DNA from: an uncultured Chloroflexia bacterium
GTDB lineage: Bacteria > Chloroflexota > Dehalococcoidia > DSTF01 > JALHUB01
NCBI GenBank assembly: GCA_963726245.1
Contig: CAVSBT010000016.1
Span: 42,901-106,900, forward strand
DNA length: 64,000 nucleotides
Direction of reading: 5' to 3'
The translations under genes were made by a program, and so were the position numbers. The notes beneath the pieces were generated by a model. It searched no databases and was not told the origin of the DNA. It was given only the letters and a program-made list of their open reading frames with translations. Shown in pieces: positions 1 through 14,152 of this stretch. Position 1 is the first letter of the stretch; every line of letters begins with the position of its first letter.

Positions 1-758
1 CGCTGGAAGGGGTGCGGGTGGCCTTTCTCCCCCGCCACGGCAGGGGGCACCGCATCCTGCCCACCGAGGTGCCGGCGCGGGCCAACATCTACGCCCTCAA
101 GTCGCTTGGCGTGGAGTTCATCATCTCGATCAGCGCCGTGGGCAGCCTCCGCGAAGAGCTCCAGCCGCTGCACCTGGTCGTGCCCGACCAGCTCATCGAC
201 CGCACCAGGGCGCGGCCCAGCACCTTCTTCGGCGACGGGCTGGTGGCTCACGTCGCTATGGCCGAGCCCTTCTGCCCCGTCCTCAGCGACATCGTGCACG
301 ATAGCGCCCGCGATGCCGGCGCCACCGTCCATCGCGGCGGCACCTGCGTGGTCATCGAGGGGCCCGCCTTCTCGACGCGGGCCGAGTCGCACCTCTACCG
401 CTCCTGGGGGGCCGACCTCATCGGCATGACGGCTCTGCCGGAGGCGAAGCTGGCCCGCGAGGCCGAGATCTGCTACGTCACGCTCGCCTCCGTCACCGAC
501 TACGATAGCTGGTACGAGGCCCACGCCGAGGTGTCGGCGGAGATGATCCTGGACAACCTGAGCCGGAACGCCGCCACCTGCCGGCGTGTCGTGGCGAGCG
601 CGCTGCGGCGGCTTCCCGAGGCCCGCCGCTGCTCGTGCGCCTCCGCCCTCGACAACGCGCTGGTCACCCCGTTCGACCTGGTGCCTGACCGGACGAAGGG
701 TGCCTTGGCGCCCATCATCGGCCGCTTCCTATCGGGTGCCGGCGGAGGCTCACCGTGA
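1..758 (+). CDS. mtnP: S-methyl-5'-thioadenosine phosphorylase (5' truncated by window edge)
   Basis: FLPRHGRGH, SAVGSL, EGPAFSTRAES, GMT, TDYD motifs of the MTAP/PNP family. Confidence 0.92.
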   Translation, partial: LEGVRVAFLPRHGRGHRILPTEVPARANIYALKSLGVEFIISISAVGSLREELQPLHLVVPDQLIDRTRARPSTFFGDGLVAHVAMAEPFCPVLSDIVHDSARDAGATVHRGGTCVVIEGPAFSTRAESHLYRSWGADLIGMTALPEAKLAREAEICYVTLASVTDYDSWYEAHAEVSAEMILDNLSRNAATCRRVVASALRRLPEARRCSCASALDNALVTPFDLVPDRTKGALAPIIGRFLSGAGGGSP

Positions 759-1696
759 GGGACGCGAACGTGACGAGAGAGCTGGCCCGAACCGAGGCCC
801 TGTCCCAGACGGCGGAGACCTACACCGTCCGCCGCCTGACGGACCGTGAGACCATCCGCCGCCTCTTGGAGCCGCACCCGGCGTATGCCGCCTATGCCCT
901 GGGCCAACTGGAGCCGCGTCTCTTCCCCCTCTCCAGGTGGTGGCTGGCCGAAGGCGACGGCCGGAATACCCAGTCGGGCGGCCGGGCCCTGCTTCTTCAC
1001 TCCCGAGGCGGCCTGGGCAACGCCCTCTTCGCGCTGGGAGAGGCCGCGCCGTTGGCAGCCCTCCTCAGCCTGCACCCGGGACCGCGTCGCGCCTTCGCCA
1101 CCTGCCAAGCGGAGCACTTAGGGATCCTGCGCCGCTTCTTCGACCTGTCCCAGGAGCATCTCCTGCTGCGTATGAAGGTGACGGCTGACGCCTTTCGGCC
1201 TCTCGAGGGCGAGACGCGACTCTTGCGCGGTCGTGACGCCCGCATAGTAAACCGGCTCTACAACGCCGAGGGCGCCGTCGCCTCCTACACGGCCCGTCAG
1301 ATCGAAGACGGCGTGTACTTCGGGGTCAACGTCGGCGAGCGGCTGGTCGCTGTGGCGGGCACGCACGCCGTCTCGCCCACGCACGGCGTCGCCGTGGTGG
1401 GAAACGTCTACACGCACCCCCGATACCGCGGCCGCGGCCTGGGCGCCCTGGTGACCAGCGCCGTGACGGCGGCCGTCATCGAGGCCTGCCCGCTGGTCGT
1501 GCTGAGCGTGGACCCGCGCAACCGGGCCGCCGCGCGCGCCTACCAGCGCCTGGGCTACCAGGGCGACTGCCGTCTCATCGAAGCGGCGGCCACCCGCAAG
1601 GACAGGTTAGGGCTGAGGAGCCTGGTGCGTAGGCTGGTCGCCGTCCACCGTGGCGGACGCGGAAGAGGCGCGGGCGGCGCCCTGATTCGTCTCTAA
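755..1696 (+). CDS. GNAT family N-acetyltransferase (FR47-like)
   Basis: C-terminal VGNVYTHPRYRGRGLG acetyl-CoA motif A and N..A...Y..LG motif B; overlaps mtnP stop (GTGA). Confidence 0.85.
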   Translation: MRDANVTRELARTEALSQTAETYTVRRLTDRETIRRLLEPHPAYAAYALGQLEPRLFPLSRWWLAEGDGRNTQSGGRALLLHSRGGLGNALFALGEAAPLAALLSLHPGPRRAFATCQAEHLGILRRFFDLSQEHLLLRMKVTADAFRPLEGETRLLRGRDARIVNRLYNAEGAVASYTARQIEDGVYFGVNVGERLVAVAGTHAVSPTHGVAVVGNVYTHPRYRGRGLGALVTSAVTAAVIEACPLVVLSVDPRNRAAARAYQRLGYQGDCRLIEAAATRKDRLGLRSLVRRLVAVHRGGRGRGAGGALIRL

Positions 1697-1707
1697 AGGA
1701 GCAGACA

Positions 1708-4648
<2,941 letters not shown>

Positions 4649-4711
4649 AACCGAAGACGGGGTTGGGCCGCCGCAGGCTGCGGCGCGAAGTTGGCGAAGG
4701 GGGACGGCCCA

Positions 4712-5453
4712 GTGAGTCTGGAGGCCCTCAACCACGTGCACGACTTTGGCACTGGCGAAATGCGGCCTCAGGTGTTCACGTGTAGGGCTGACGATGGATT
4801 TGTCGGACAGGTGGGTGCTGAAGCTGATGGGGCGCTCCGACATCGAACTTGCCGCTGATTGGATCGGATCACTGCTCGCTCAGCGCCTGGCGGTGCCCTG
4901 CGTCAAGGTGGATATCGCCAGCATGAGCGCAGAAGCGCTCCAGAGCGCGCCGAGCGACATCCGAGCCTGGGCGGCAGCCGGACCAGCTTTTGCGTCCGAA
5001 GAGCTCCTCAATTGTACACCGCCCACTTCGGACACCGCGGTGGCCAGCGCGAGCAACCGCCAGGAGCTTGGCAAGCTATACGCTCTAGACGCATGGTTAG
5101 AGGTTCTGGACCGGAGGAAACCCGATGGCACCTGGAATCTGTTGCTGGAAACTGAGTCCTGGCGGTTCTACGCCGTGGACTTCGGGAAGTGTCTGGCCCT
5201 ACCGCTCCTGGGGACCGCGGTACTTGATCCGGCTCCCTGCATTCCCAAGTACCCCGAGGTCGTGAGGCGGGCGGCAGATCGACAACTGGGCGTGATGACA
5301 TGTCAAGACATTGATGCTATCGATGACGGTGAACTAGACGAGATCGTGCGGTCAGTACCCCCGAAGTGGCTAACCGCGCCAAGGCGCCATGAGGTTGTGA
5401 AGTTCCTCATCGACCGCAAAGCTGTGGCAAGAGCCGCAGTTGACGAGATGTAG
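4712..5453 (+). CDS. HipA-family (HipA_2-like) kinase; probable true start GTG 4712 with an apparent frameshift near 4808
   Basis: Frame from 4712 reads VSLEALNHVHDFGTGEMRPQVFTCRADDG, then joins WVLK; catalytic DR...N and DFG motifs; purine-rich RBS at 4697-4704. Confidence 0.75.
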
Positions 5454-5470
5454 AGAGGGGGCTAGTACGA

Positions 5471-6305
5471 ATGGTTACGTGCCATTATTCCGTCGTTAAG
5501 CTGGTCCCCGATCCGATCCGGGAAGAGTGCATCAATCTGGGTGTCATTGTGGTCTCGGAGGACCGGCGTGAGTCGCGTTGCGCGTTTCTCGGCCACTTTC
5601 GCACTCGCCTCAAGGCATTCGCGCCGGGCGTGAGCGCTGCTGGCGTCGACCGGATCATTGAATCCCTGAAGGAAAGATGTGGCGAGGCATACCAGCCACC
5701 GCTTGGAACAGAAGCGGAGGACGAGCACCTCTTCACGAGCGAGCACTTGTTCACCCTCTCCCGGGGCGATGCGCAACCAGCTTCAGTTCACGGGGCCGAA
5801 ACGGTACCAGGCCTCGTCGCTCCACGAAGCAACGGAGGAGTTGGCGCGACTCCTAGTGTGGCCGTCCGCCCGTGTGCAGCGCCCTCCTGAGGGGATGACA
5901 GTCCATGAGCTGCGTAGGCTAATACGTAACACCCTCAAGACTTGGGCCGTCGGGCCGCTGGGGCTAGCTGAAGGTGGAGTGGAACGAGGCAAAAAGGCCA
6001 GGCATTTCGCAGACTTCTGGATCACTGGCGGCGACCCTGTCGCCGCGTTCGTGGCGATTCCGGAAGATCCCGGGGAGCGCGACATTGCCTGGGCCAGAAG
6101 GGATTCCCTCCCGATCATCGCCGACGAGTTTCGAAGGAGCTACAGTTCATTTAGCGCTGTTGCCGTTCTGCCCGCGAACGGATCACAGCCCACTGAATTC
6201 GTGGAGGAGACACTCCAGTTCCTGGCGAGCTACGAGGGTGTGCTCGTGACTAGAGTGAACGATCTTGATCGCCTTCGCGAGGAAATCCTGCCGCACTTGA
6301 GTTGA
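5471..6305 (+). CDS. DUF3037 domain protein (apparent frameshift near 5765)
   Basis: N-terminal YSVVKLVPDPIREECINLGVI signature; continues as NQLQFTGPK in the second frame; directly downstream of the HipA-like kinase. Confidence 0.8.
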
Positions 6306-6358
6306 TCGTGCAGATAGGTCACGTGTGAGTAAGCGTTTCGTCGGGTGTGTCATTTAGC

Positions 6359-7051
6359 ATGCACGCCTTAGTCCTCGCCGGCGGCAAGGGGGAGCGGCTG
6401 CGCCCCCTGACCAGCGACCGGCCCAAGCCGATGATCCTCCTGGCCGGCCGGCCTATCCTGGAGTACCAGCTCGAGTGGCTGCGCGGCGAAGGGGTCACCG
6501 ACGTAGTCCTCCTCTGCGGCTACCTGCACGAGGTGGTCGCCGCCCACTTCGGCGACGGCTCTCGCTGGGGGCTGCGCATCGCCTACTCGGTGGAGAGCGA
6601 GCCCCTGGGCCGGGGCGGCGCCTTCAAGAAGGGCTTCGAGCTGGTGCCGCCTGACGTGCCCTTCGTCATCGGCACCAACGGCGACAGCGTCACCGAGCAG
6701 GCGCTGGCGCCCCTGATCCGCAGCCACCGTCGCACGGGGGCCGTGGCCACTATCATGCTCACGCCCATGGTCAGCCCCTTCGGAATTGCCCGCACGGGCC
6801 GCGGCTCACGCATACGGGGCTTCGACGAGAAGCCGCGCCTGCCCTACTGGCTCAACGCCGGCGTCTACGTCCTCAGCCGCGAGTTCTTCAAGGATCTGCC
6901 CGATAGGGGCGACCACGAGACCACCCTCTTCCCCCGACTGGCCGAATGCGGCAAACTGTACGGACATAAGAGCCATGCCTACTGGAAGGGCATCGACACC
7001 CTGAAGGACCTGACCGAGGTGGAAGCCCATCTGAAGGATCGGACTGCGTGA
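6359..7051 (+). CDS. Sugar-phosphate nucleotidyltransferase (NTP_transferase family)
   Basis: LAGGKGERLRPLT..PKPM, EPLGRGG, NGD, FDEKP, NAGVY. Confidence 0.9.
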   Translation: MHALVLAGGKGERLRPLTSDRPKPMILLAGRPILEYQLEWLRGEGVTDVVLLCGYLHEVVAAHFGDGSRWGLRIAYSVESEPLGRGGAFKKGFELVPPDVPFVIGTNGDSVTEQALAPLIRSHRRTGAVATIMLTPMVSPFGIARTGRGSRIRGFDEKPRLPYWLNAGVYVLSREFFKDLPDRGDHETTLFPRLAECGKLYGHKSHAYWKGIDTLKDLTEVEAHLKDRTA

Positions 7052-7070
7052 AAGCCAGGGACGCGGCGCG

Positions 7071-8516
7071 GTGAACACACCCATCCACTTCGGTACCGAC
7101 GGCTGGCGCGGCGTCATCGCCGAGGACTTCACCTTCGACAACGTTCGAGCCTGCGCCCGCAGCGTCGCCCTCTACCAGCAGTCGCAGGGGCTGGCGGACC
7201 GCGGCCTGGTCGTCGGCTACGACACGCGCTTCGCCTCCGAGGACTTCGCCGCCGCCGTGGCGGAGGTGGTGGCCGCCGCCGGCATCAAGGTCTACCTCTG
7301 CGACCGGCCAGCGCCCACGCCGGTCGTCACCTACGCCATCCTCGAAAAGCATGCGGGCGGCGCCGTCGTCATCACCGCCAGCCACAACCCGGCCCGCTGG
7401 AACGGCTTCAAGTACCGGCCGGAGTACGCCGGCAGCGCGCCGCCGGAGGTCACCGCCGCCCTCGAGGCTCCCCTGCCCGACATCCTGGCTGCCGGCCAGC
7501 TCGACCGGCTGCCGCTGCCGGAGGCCGAGGCCCGCGGCCTCGTCGAGCGCTTCGACCCGCGGCCGGCCTACCTGGCCCACATCGCCGAACTGGTGGACCT
7601 GGGGCGGGTGCGCGCCGCAGGGCTGCGGGTGCGGGTGGACTCCATGTACGGCGCCGGCGCCGGCTACCTGGCGGACATTCTCTCCGGCGGACGCATCGAG
7701 GTGCGCGAGCTGCACGGCGAGCGCAACCCGGCCTTCCCCGGCATCGCCTCGCCGGAGCCCATCGCCCGCAACCTTGGTGAGCTGTCGGAGGCCGTGCGCA
7801 GCGACACGGCCCAGGTCGGCCTGGCCACCGACGGCGACGCCGACCGCCTGGGCGTTTTCGACGAAAAGGGACGCTTCTTGACCCAGCTCCAGGTCTTCGG
7901 CCTCCTCACCTACTACCTCCTGGAGGCGCGAGGCCTGCGCGGGCCTATCGTCAAGTCGATCACCACGACACACATGGTGCAGCGCCTGGGCGAGCTGTAC
8001 GGCGTGCCGGTCTACGAGACGCCGGTGGGCTTCAAGTTCCTCGGCCCGAAGATGATGGAGGTGGATGCCCTGATAGCCGGCGAGGAGAGCGGCGGCTACG
8101 CCGTGCGCGGCCACCTGCCGGAGCGCGACGGCGTCGTCTCAGGCCTGCTCTTCCTGGACTTCATGGTTCAGAGCGGGAAGCGCCCCTCGGCCCTGCTAGA
8201 GGAGCTCTACGCCAAGGTAGGACCTCACTACTACGATCGCCTGGACGTCCACCTGCGACCCGAGGAGCGCGACGAGGTCTGGCGGCGGATCAGCGAGAGC
8301 CGCCCCGAGCGCCTGGCCGGCCTCCGGGTCACCGGCCGCGATACCACTGACGGCTTCCGCTACCATCTGGAGGACGGCGGCTGGCTGCTCGTTCGCTTCT
8401 CAGGGACAGAGCCTCTCATGCGCATCTACACAGAGGTGCCGGCGCAGGAGCTCGTGCCCCGCGTCCTGGACGCCGGCCGCGAGCTGGCGGGCGTCCCGGC
8501 AGGGGAGGGCCGATGA
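7071..8516 (+). CDS. Phosphoglucomutase/phosphomannomutase
   Basis: FGTDGWRG, TASHNP phosphoserine loop, DGDADR, GEESGG, RFSGTEP. Confidence 0.93.
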   Translation: MNTPIHFGTDGWRGVIAEDFTFDNVRACARSVALYQQSQGLADRGLVVGYDTRFASEDFAAAVAEVVAAAGIKVYLCDRPAPTPVVTYAILEKHAGGAVVITASHNPARWNGFKYRPEYAGSAPPEVTAALEAPLPDILAAGQLDRLPLPEAEARGLVERFDPRPAYLAHIAELVDLGRVRAAGLRVRVDSMYGAGAGYLADILSGGRIEVRELHGERNPAFPGIASPEPIARNLGELSEAVRSDTAQVGLATDGDADRLGVFDEKGRFLTQLQVFGLLTYYLLEARGLRGPIVKSITTTHMVQRLGELYGVPVYETPVGFKFLGPKMMEVDALIAGEESGGYAVRGHLPERDGVVSGLLFLDFMVQSGKRPSALLEELYAKVGPHYYDRLDVHLRPEERDEVWRRISESRPERLAGLRVTGRDTTDGFRYHLEDGGWLLVRFSGTEPLMRIYTEVPAQELVPRVLDAGRELAGVPAGEGR

Positions 8517-9589
8517 CCGATCATCTGGACGACCCCCGGGTCTACGAGAGCCTGGACCCCGAGGGCCTGCTCGCCCGCATCCGCGAACTGCCGCATCAGT
8601 GCCGCGAGGCCTGGGAGCGGGCCCGCGCCTTCAAGCTGCCCTCGTCGTACTGGAACGTGGAGCGGGTGGTGGTGCTGGGCATGGGTGGCTCCGCCATCGC
8701 CGCCGACCTGCTGCGGTCCCTGGCGGCGCGTCGCAGCCGGAAGGCCGTCTTCGTCTGTCGCGGCTATGAGATACCCGGCCTGGTGGACGAAAACACCCTC
8801 GTGATAGCTTCGAGCTACAGCGGCGAGACGGAGGAGACGCTGGCCGCCTTCAGCCAGGCTCTGCGTGGCCCTGCCAAGAAGCTGGTGATCACCGCGGGGG
8901 GGCGCTTGGCCGCCCTCGCCCGCGAGTACGAGATCCCCGCCTTCTTTTTCGACTACCAGGGCGAGCCACGGGCGGCGCTGGGCTACAGTCTGATGCCGCT
9001 CCTGTCGGTCGCCGAGCAGGTGGGCGTGCTGCAGGGGATGGAGACGGAGGTGGCCGAGGCGGTGGCCCTCATGGGGGAGCTGGTCCAGGAGGTGGACTCC
9101 AGGGTGGCGGCCGAAACGAACCCGGCCAAGCACTTAGCGGGACGCCTTCAGACCAAGGTGACCATCGTTTACGGGGCCGAGAACCTGATCGAGGTCGCCC
9201 ACCGCTGGAAGACCCAGCTCAACGAGAACAGCAAGGTCTGGGCCTTCTACGAAGAGCTACCGGAGGCCAACCACAACGCGCTCGTCGGCTATCCGCTGCC
9301 GCGGGAGGCGATCGACCGCCTGCACGTGGTGCTCCTCTATCACACGATGCTGCACCCGCGCATCACTATCCGCTACGAAGCCACCAGGGAAGCGCTGGAC
9401 GCCAACGGCGTGGGGTACGACGTGGTGGAGGTGAAGGGGACCGCGCCGTTGAGCCAGATGCTGACGGGCATCCTCTACGGCGACTTCGTGAGCTACTACC
9501 TGGCGATACTGAACGCCGTCAGCCCCTCGCCCCTGGCCGCCATCAACGAGCTGAAACGCCGCCTGGCCGACACCCCCTGGCCGCAGTAG
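8513..9589 (+). CDS. Bifunctional phosphoglucose/phosphomannose isomerase
   Basis: GMGGSAI, SYSGETEET, RWKTQLNENSK, PEANHN. Confidence 0.92.
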   Translation: MTDHLDDPRVYESLDPEGLLARIRELPHQCREAWERARAFKLPSSYWNVERVVVLGMGGSAIAADLLRSLAARRSRKAVFVCRGYEIPGLVDENTLVIASSYSGETEETLAAFSQALRGPAKKLVITAGGRLAALAREYEIPAFFFDYQGEPRAALGYSLMPLLSVAEQVGVLQGMETEVAEAVALMGELVQEVDSRVAAETNPAKHLAGRLQTKVTIVYGAENLIEVAHRWKTQLNENSKVWAFYEELPEANHNALVGYPLPREAIDRLHVVLLYHTMLHPRITIRYEATREALDANGVGYDVVEVKGTAPLSQMLTGILYGDFVSYYLAILNAVSPSPLAAINELKRRLADTPWPQ

Positions 9590-9607
9590 CGCGGCCACCC
9601 GCACGAC

Positions 9608-9635
9608 CGAAGGCCAGGCTTAAGCCTGGCCTTCG
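9608..9635. terminator. Perfect palindrome between convergent genes (terminator or single REP unit)
   Basis: CGAAGGCCAGGCTTAAGCCTGGCCTTCG is a perfect inverted repeat. Confidence 0.6.
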
Positions 9636-9662
9636 CATCTTTCCTCTGGTGGTCCGCGGCTT

Positions 9663-10055
9663 CTACCGCTTGGTGTACTGAGGGGCCTTACGAGCCCGCT
9701 TGAGGCCGTACTTCTTCCGTTCCTTCTCGCGGGGGTCGCGCGTGAGGAGGCCATTGCGGCGTAGGACAGGCTTCAGGTTCTCGTCGGCTGCTACCAGGGC
9801 GCGGGCGATGCCGTGGGAGATGGCACCCGCCCAGCCGCTGATACCGCCGCCCTCAACCTTGATCTGGGCGTTGAACTTCTCCTGGCTCTCCGTCACCGCC
9901 AGCGGTCGCAGTATGGCCTCCCGGTGCACGGGGCGCACGAAGAGCTCGTCCATGGGCTTGCCGTTGATGACGACGGCGCCTGTCCCCGGGTAGAGGCGCA
10001 CCCTCGCCACCGATCTCTTGCGTCGGCCGGTGCCGTAGTGATACTGCTGCTGCAA
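9663..10055 (-). CDS. rpsI: 30S ribosomal protein S9
   Basis: GTGRRKRSVARV...ERKKYGLKRARKAPQYTKR. Confidence 0.98.
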   Translation of the reverse strand: MQQQYHYGTGRRKRSVARVRLYPGTGAVVINGKPMDELFVRPVHREAILRPLAVTESQEKFNAQIKVEGGGISGWAGAISHGIARALVAADENLKPVLRRNGLLTRDPREKERKKYGLKRARKAPQYTKR

Positions 10056-10065
10056 GGCGCTTCTC

Positions 10066-10578
10066 CTAGGCCTCCGGGGCCTGCTCCGGGGTCTGCTCCG
10101 CCGCCGGCTCCACTACCTGCCCGTCCGGCCCGCCGTCGGCGGGGGCCTGCCGGCGCTTCTCGCTGGCCCTTACCTGAGACTCGTGGGGGTGATCAGGGCC
10201 AGCATACACCTTCAGGTGATGGTAGATGGCCCGGCCCAGGCGGTTATGGGGCAGCATGCCCTTCACCGCCCGTTCGATGACGCGGGTGGGACGGCGGGCC
10301 AGCAGCTTATCCAGGCTCTCCACCTTCAGGCCGCCCGGGTACCCTGAGTGGCGATAGTACATCTTCTGCTGTCGCTTGCGGCCGGTGACCCGTATCTTCG
10401 CCGCATTGACCACGACCACGCTGTCGCCCATGTCCAAGTGCGGCGCGTACGTTGGCTTGTGCTTGCCGCGCAGCAGGCTGGCCACCTCCGTGGCGAGGCG
10501 GCCCAGCGTCTGCCCTGCCGCGTCCACCACGTGCCAGTCGCGGGTGATCTCTCGAGCCTTTGGGCTATAGGTCTTCAT
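10066..10578 (-). CDS. rplM: 50S ribosomal protein L13 with C-terminal extension
   Basis: [34 protein letters not shown]. Confidence 0.98.
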   Translation of the reverse strand: MKTYSPKAREITRDWHVVDAAGQTLGRLATEVASLLRGKHKPTYAPHLDMGDSVVVVNAAKIRVTGRKRQQKMYYRHSGYPGGLKVESLDKLLARRPTRVIERAVKGMLPHNRLGRAIYHHLKVYAGPDHPHESQVRASEKRRQAPADGGPDGQVVEPAAEQTPEQAPEA

Positions 10579-11384
10579 GTCACTGTCTCACAGGGCGGGC
10601 CTTCCCGCCCGCCTGGTGGGCTCAGGTCGAGCCCCGGATAGTTCACTCTCATCAGGCAGAGCCCTTGCGGCGGCGCCGCCGGTCCGGCGACCCCGGATTC
10701 CGGCTTGCGCAGCAGGGCCGCCAGCTCTGCCGCCGATTGCCGGCCCAACCCTACCTGCACCAGCGCCCCCACCGTACGCCGCACCTGGTGGGGGAGGAAG
10801 GCGTCAGCCTCCATGTACAGGACCAGCAGCCGCCCCCAGGCCTTCAGCTCGCACCGGTGCAGCGAGCGGACCGTGCTGCCGGCCACCGGGCCGGCGAAGG
10901 CGGCGAAGTCGTGCCGGCCCACCAGCAGCGCGGCCGCGTTTCGCATGGCCTCCAGGCCCAACTGCTCCGCCACCTGCCAGGTGAAGGCCCCGAGCAGGGG
11001 CGAGGGCAGCGGGCTGTTGAGAACCAGGTAGCGGTACTCGCGGCTGCGGGCCCGCCGCCGCACATCGAAGTCCAGGGGCATCTCTAGTGCCCGCTGGACC
11101 GCGATATCGGCAGGCAGCCAGTGGTTCAGCCCGCGGACAAAGACCTCCGGCTCATGGTGGGAGCCGGTCACGAACGAGGCCACCTGTCCCCGAGCGTGTA
11201 CCCCTGCGTCGGTGCGGCCGGCGAAGGCCACCCGCACTGACTCGCCTGTTAGCTTGTTAAGGGCTGCCTCCAGCTCGCCCTGGATGCTGGGGGCGTTCTT
11301 CTGATACTGTGAGCCGCTATAGCGGCGACCGTCGTACTCCAGGACCAGGGCCAGCCGTCGCGCTCCCGGCCCTTGCGAGGCCAC
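10575..11384 (-). CDS. truA: tRNA pseudouridine(38-40) synthase
   Basis: [30 protein letters not shown]. Confidence 0.96.
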   Translation of the reverse strand: MASQGPGARRLALVLEYDGRRYSGSQYQKNAPSIQGELEAALNKLTGESVRVAFAGRTDAGVHARGQVASFVTGSHHEPEVFVRGLNHWLPADIAVQRALEMPLDFDVRRRARSREYRYLVLNSPLPSPLLGAFTWQVAEQLGLEAMRNAAALLVGRHDFAAFAGPVAGSTVRSLHRCELKAWGRLLVLYMEADAFLPHQVRRTVGALVQVGLGRQSAAELAALLRKPESGVAGPAAPPQGLCLMRVNYPGLDLSPPGGREGPPCETVT

Positions 11385-11396
11385 GGCTCTGACCGG

Positions 11397-11747
11397 CTAC
11401 ACCAGCTCTAGCTGGGCCATAGCTGCCCCGTCGCCCTGGCGTGGGCCCAGCTTGACGATGCGCGTGTAGCCGCCGTGGCGGGTCGCGTATCGCGGCCCGA
11501 TCTCCTCGAAGACCTTCTTCACCACCTTGGGGTCGGTGACGAATCGATGCGCCCGCCGACGGGAGGGCAGGCTGCCCTCCTTCCCCAGGGTGATGATACG
11601 CTCCGCCATCCCCTGCACCTCCCTGGCCTTGGCCTCGGTGGTGCGGATCTTCTCATAGCGCAGGAGGTCCACCACCTGACCGCGCAGCAGGGCCAACCGC
11701 TGATCGGTGGGCCTGTTCAGCTTGCGTCCGGCAATACGGTGTCTCAT
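11397..11747 (-). CDS. rplQ: 50S ribosomal protein L17
   Basis: [25 protein letters not shown]. Confidence 0.97.
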   Translation of the reverse strand: MRHRIAGRKLNRPTDQRLALLRGQVVDLLRYEKIRTTEAKAREVQGMAERIITLGKEGSLPSRRRAHRFVTDPKVVKKVFEEIGPRYATRHGGYTRIVKLGPRQGDGAAMAQLELV

Positions 11748-11763
11748 CTCTGCGCAGGCCCGT

Positions 11764-12978
11764 TCAGGCTTGCTGGTCCTCCTCTTCAACTTCCTCGCCC
11801 GCGGGAGGGCTCTCTTTTTGGCCCGCCTTCCGCAGCGCCTGGGCGAGCTTGGCGCCCAGGCTGCCCAGCTCCTCCTCGACCTCGCCCGTCGGGGCCTCCG
11901 CCGTGCTCTCTACGGCGGCGTCGGCTCTGGCCTTGGGCTTCGCTTCCCGCTTGGGCCGCGCCGGCAAGACGATCTCCTCCGGCACCTCCTCGATGTCCTC
12001 CTCCGGCACCTCGAACTCGACCTCAATCTCCTCCATGGCGGCCTCGGACAGGAAGCCCATCTCGATGAGCTTGTCCTTCAGCTCCTCGTAGGACTTGCGG
12101 CCGAAGTTGCGCAGAGCCAGAAGCTCGTCCTCACTCTTCTCTAGCACCTGGCCCACAGTCATGAGTCCGCTGCGCTTGAGGCAGTTGTAGGCACGTACCG
12201 ATAGGTTGAGCTCTTCGATCGGCGTGTTGTAGCGGTCCGGTTCCAGGGCAGCGCCCGTGCCCAGGCCTCGCGCCACGACGGCAGCCTGAGGCTTGCCGAG
12301 CTGGCCAAAGAGAGCGAACTGGCCCAGAAGGATGTCGGCTGCCTGGCTCACTGCCTCGACGCCCGTGACGGTGCCGTCGGTCCAGACCTCGAGCACGAGG
12401 CGGTCGTAGTGGGTGACCTGCCCCACGCGGGTGCGCTCAACGGCGAAGTTCACTCTGCGGACCGGCGTGAAGATAGCGTCCACCGGTATGACGCCAATGG
12501 GCGTGCCGTCCGTCTGGCGTCCGGCAGGCACCCAGCCGCGGCCTCTCTCCACGTTGAACTCCACAGTCAGGTGAGCTTCCGCCGAGTCCAGGGTGGCCAG
12601 GTGCAGCTCTGGGTTGACGAATCTCGTAGTCGGCCGTCACCTGGATATCGCCCGCCAGGATCCTGCCCTCGCCGCGGCCTTCTAAGTAGAGCTTGGCCGG
12701 ACGATCGGAGAGAGCCCGGAGCCGGATCTCCTTGACGTTGAGTAGGAACTCGGTCGTGTCCTCCTTCATGTGCGGGATGGTGGAGAACTCGTGCTGCACC
12801 TCTTCGATGCGGACCGAGGTTACGGCCGCACCCGGCAGCGAGCTGAGGAGCACCCGGCGGAGGGCATTGCCCAGCGTGACGCCGAAGCCGGCTTCCACGG
12901 GCTCCGCCACCAGGCGTGCGTAGCCTTCGCCCTCCTCTTCCACCTCGATGTTGGGTGTCACCAGCTCTGAGAGAGCAA
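11764..12978 (-). CDS. rpoA: RNA polymerase alpha subunit with long acidic C-terminal tail (apparent indels near 12970 and 12620)
   Basis: [60 protein letters not shown]; GGGAGG RBS before TTG 12978. Confidence 0.95.
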
Positions 12979-13079
12979 ACGCCTCCCCAGGGCCGGCGCC
13001 CACCTCCCCGCTCGACCAGCCGGCCTCGACGCCTCCTCGACCGGAGGTCGAGAGTCCGCCACCACCCCAAAGTGGTTGC

Positions 13080-13706
13080 CTATCGTGAGTAGAATTCGAC
13101 AATGACGCTGGCATCAAACTTCGCTTCGGTATCGCCCAGACCGGGCGGACTCAGCACGCGCCCCACCATGGCTTCGGTGTCCAAGTTCAGCCATCCAGGG
13201 ACGCGCGCACTCTTCGCCATTTGCTGCGCTATTTTGAAAGCCTCCGTTTCCTTGCTGGGTGCTCGCCAGCCGATGACGTCGCCGGCCTTCACCTGGCAGG
13301 AAGGCACGTCGGTCTTCCGGCCGTTGAGGAGGATATGGCCGTGACGGACCACCTGGCGGGCCTGGGAACGGGAATCGGCGAAACCCAGACGGTAGATCAC
13401 GTTGTCGAGACGCATCTCCAGCAGACGCAGGAGGTTCTCTCCCGTGACGCCCGGCCGGTGCACGGCTTCCCGATAGTAGCGACGGAACTGGCGCTCCATG
13501 ATGCCGTAGCTGTAGCGCGCCTTCTGCTTCTCGCGAAGCTGGAGGGCGCGGTCGGACACCCGGCGCCGCCGCGGGCTGCGGTTCCCCGGGGGAGTGGGGC
13601 GCTTCTCGAAGGCGCACTTCGGGCCGAAGCAGCGCTCCCCCTTCAGCATGAGCTTGTCGCCGTAGCGGCGACAGAGCCTACAGACCGGTCCGGTGTATCG
13701 AGCCAT
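13080..13706 (-). CDS. rpsD: 30S ribosomal protein S4
   Basis: MARYTGP.CRLCRR, QLREKQK, LE.RLDN..YRLG, IVEFYSR. Confidence 0.98.
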   Translation of the reverse strand: MARYTGPVCRLCRRYGDKLMLKGERCFGPKCAFEKRPTPPGNRSPRRRRVSDRALQLREKQKARYSYGIMERQFRRYYREAVHRPGVTGENLLRLLEMRLDNVIYRLGFADSRSQARQVVRHGHILLNGRKTDVPSCQVKAGDVIGWRAPSKETEAFKIAQQMAKSARVPGWLNLDTEAMVGRVLSPPGLGDTEAKFDASVIVEFYSR

Positions 13707-13731
13707 TCAAAGACCCCCGCTAAAGCCCCGT

Positions 13732-14124
13732 CTATACGCGGCGCCGCTTGGGTGGCCGGCAGCCGTTGTGAGGTATGGGCGTCATGTCGCGAATGCTTAG
13801 GATCGAGATCCCCGCCGCCTGGAGCGAGCGGATGGCGGCCTCCCGGCCGCTGCCCGGCCCCCGCACGAAGACGTCCACCTGCCGCATGCCGTGCTCCATG
13901 GCTCGGCGGGCCGCCGCCTCCGCCGCCATCTGGGCGGCGAATGGGGTGCTCTTGCGCGAGCCCTTGAAGCCCGCGGAGCCGGCGCTACTCCAGGCCACGA
14001 CGTTCCCGTTAGGGTCCGTCATGGTGATAAGCGTGTTGTTGAACGTGGACTGTATGTAGGCGCGACCCCGCGGCACGGACTTCCGTTCCCGCCTTCGCGC
14101 TCGAGTCTTCTTCTTCTCTGCCAT
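13732..14124 (-). CDS. rpsK: 30S ribosomal protein S11
   Basis: [35 protein letters not shown]. Confidence 0.98.
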   Translation of the reverse strand: MAEKKKTRARRRERKSVPRGRAYIQSTFNNTLITMTDPNGNVVAWSSAGSAGFKGSRKSTPFAAQMAAEAAARRAMEHGMRQVDVFVRGPGSGREAAIRSLQAAGISILSIRDMTPIPHNGCRPPKRRRV

Positions 14125-14152
14125 TCCGTTTCCTCAGGTCTCAGCAGCCAGG

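Noticed and set aside
12505-12535. PAGRQ in rpoA as another palindrome insertion
   Set aside because: It aligns with the normal GYVPA...PIG loop with little length change, and the DNA is not clearly palindromic
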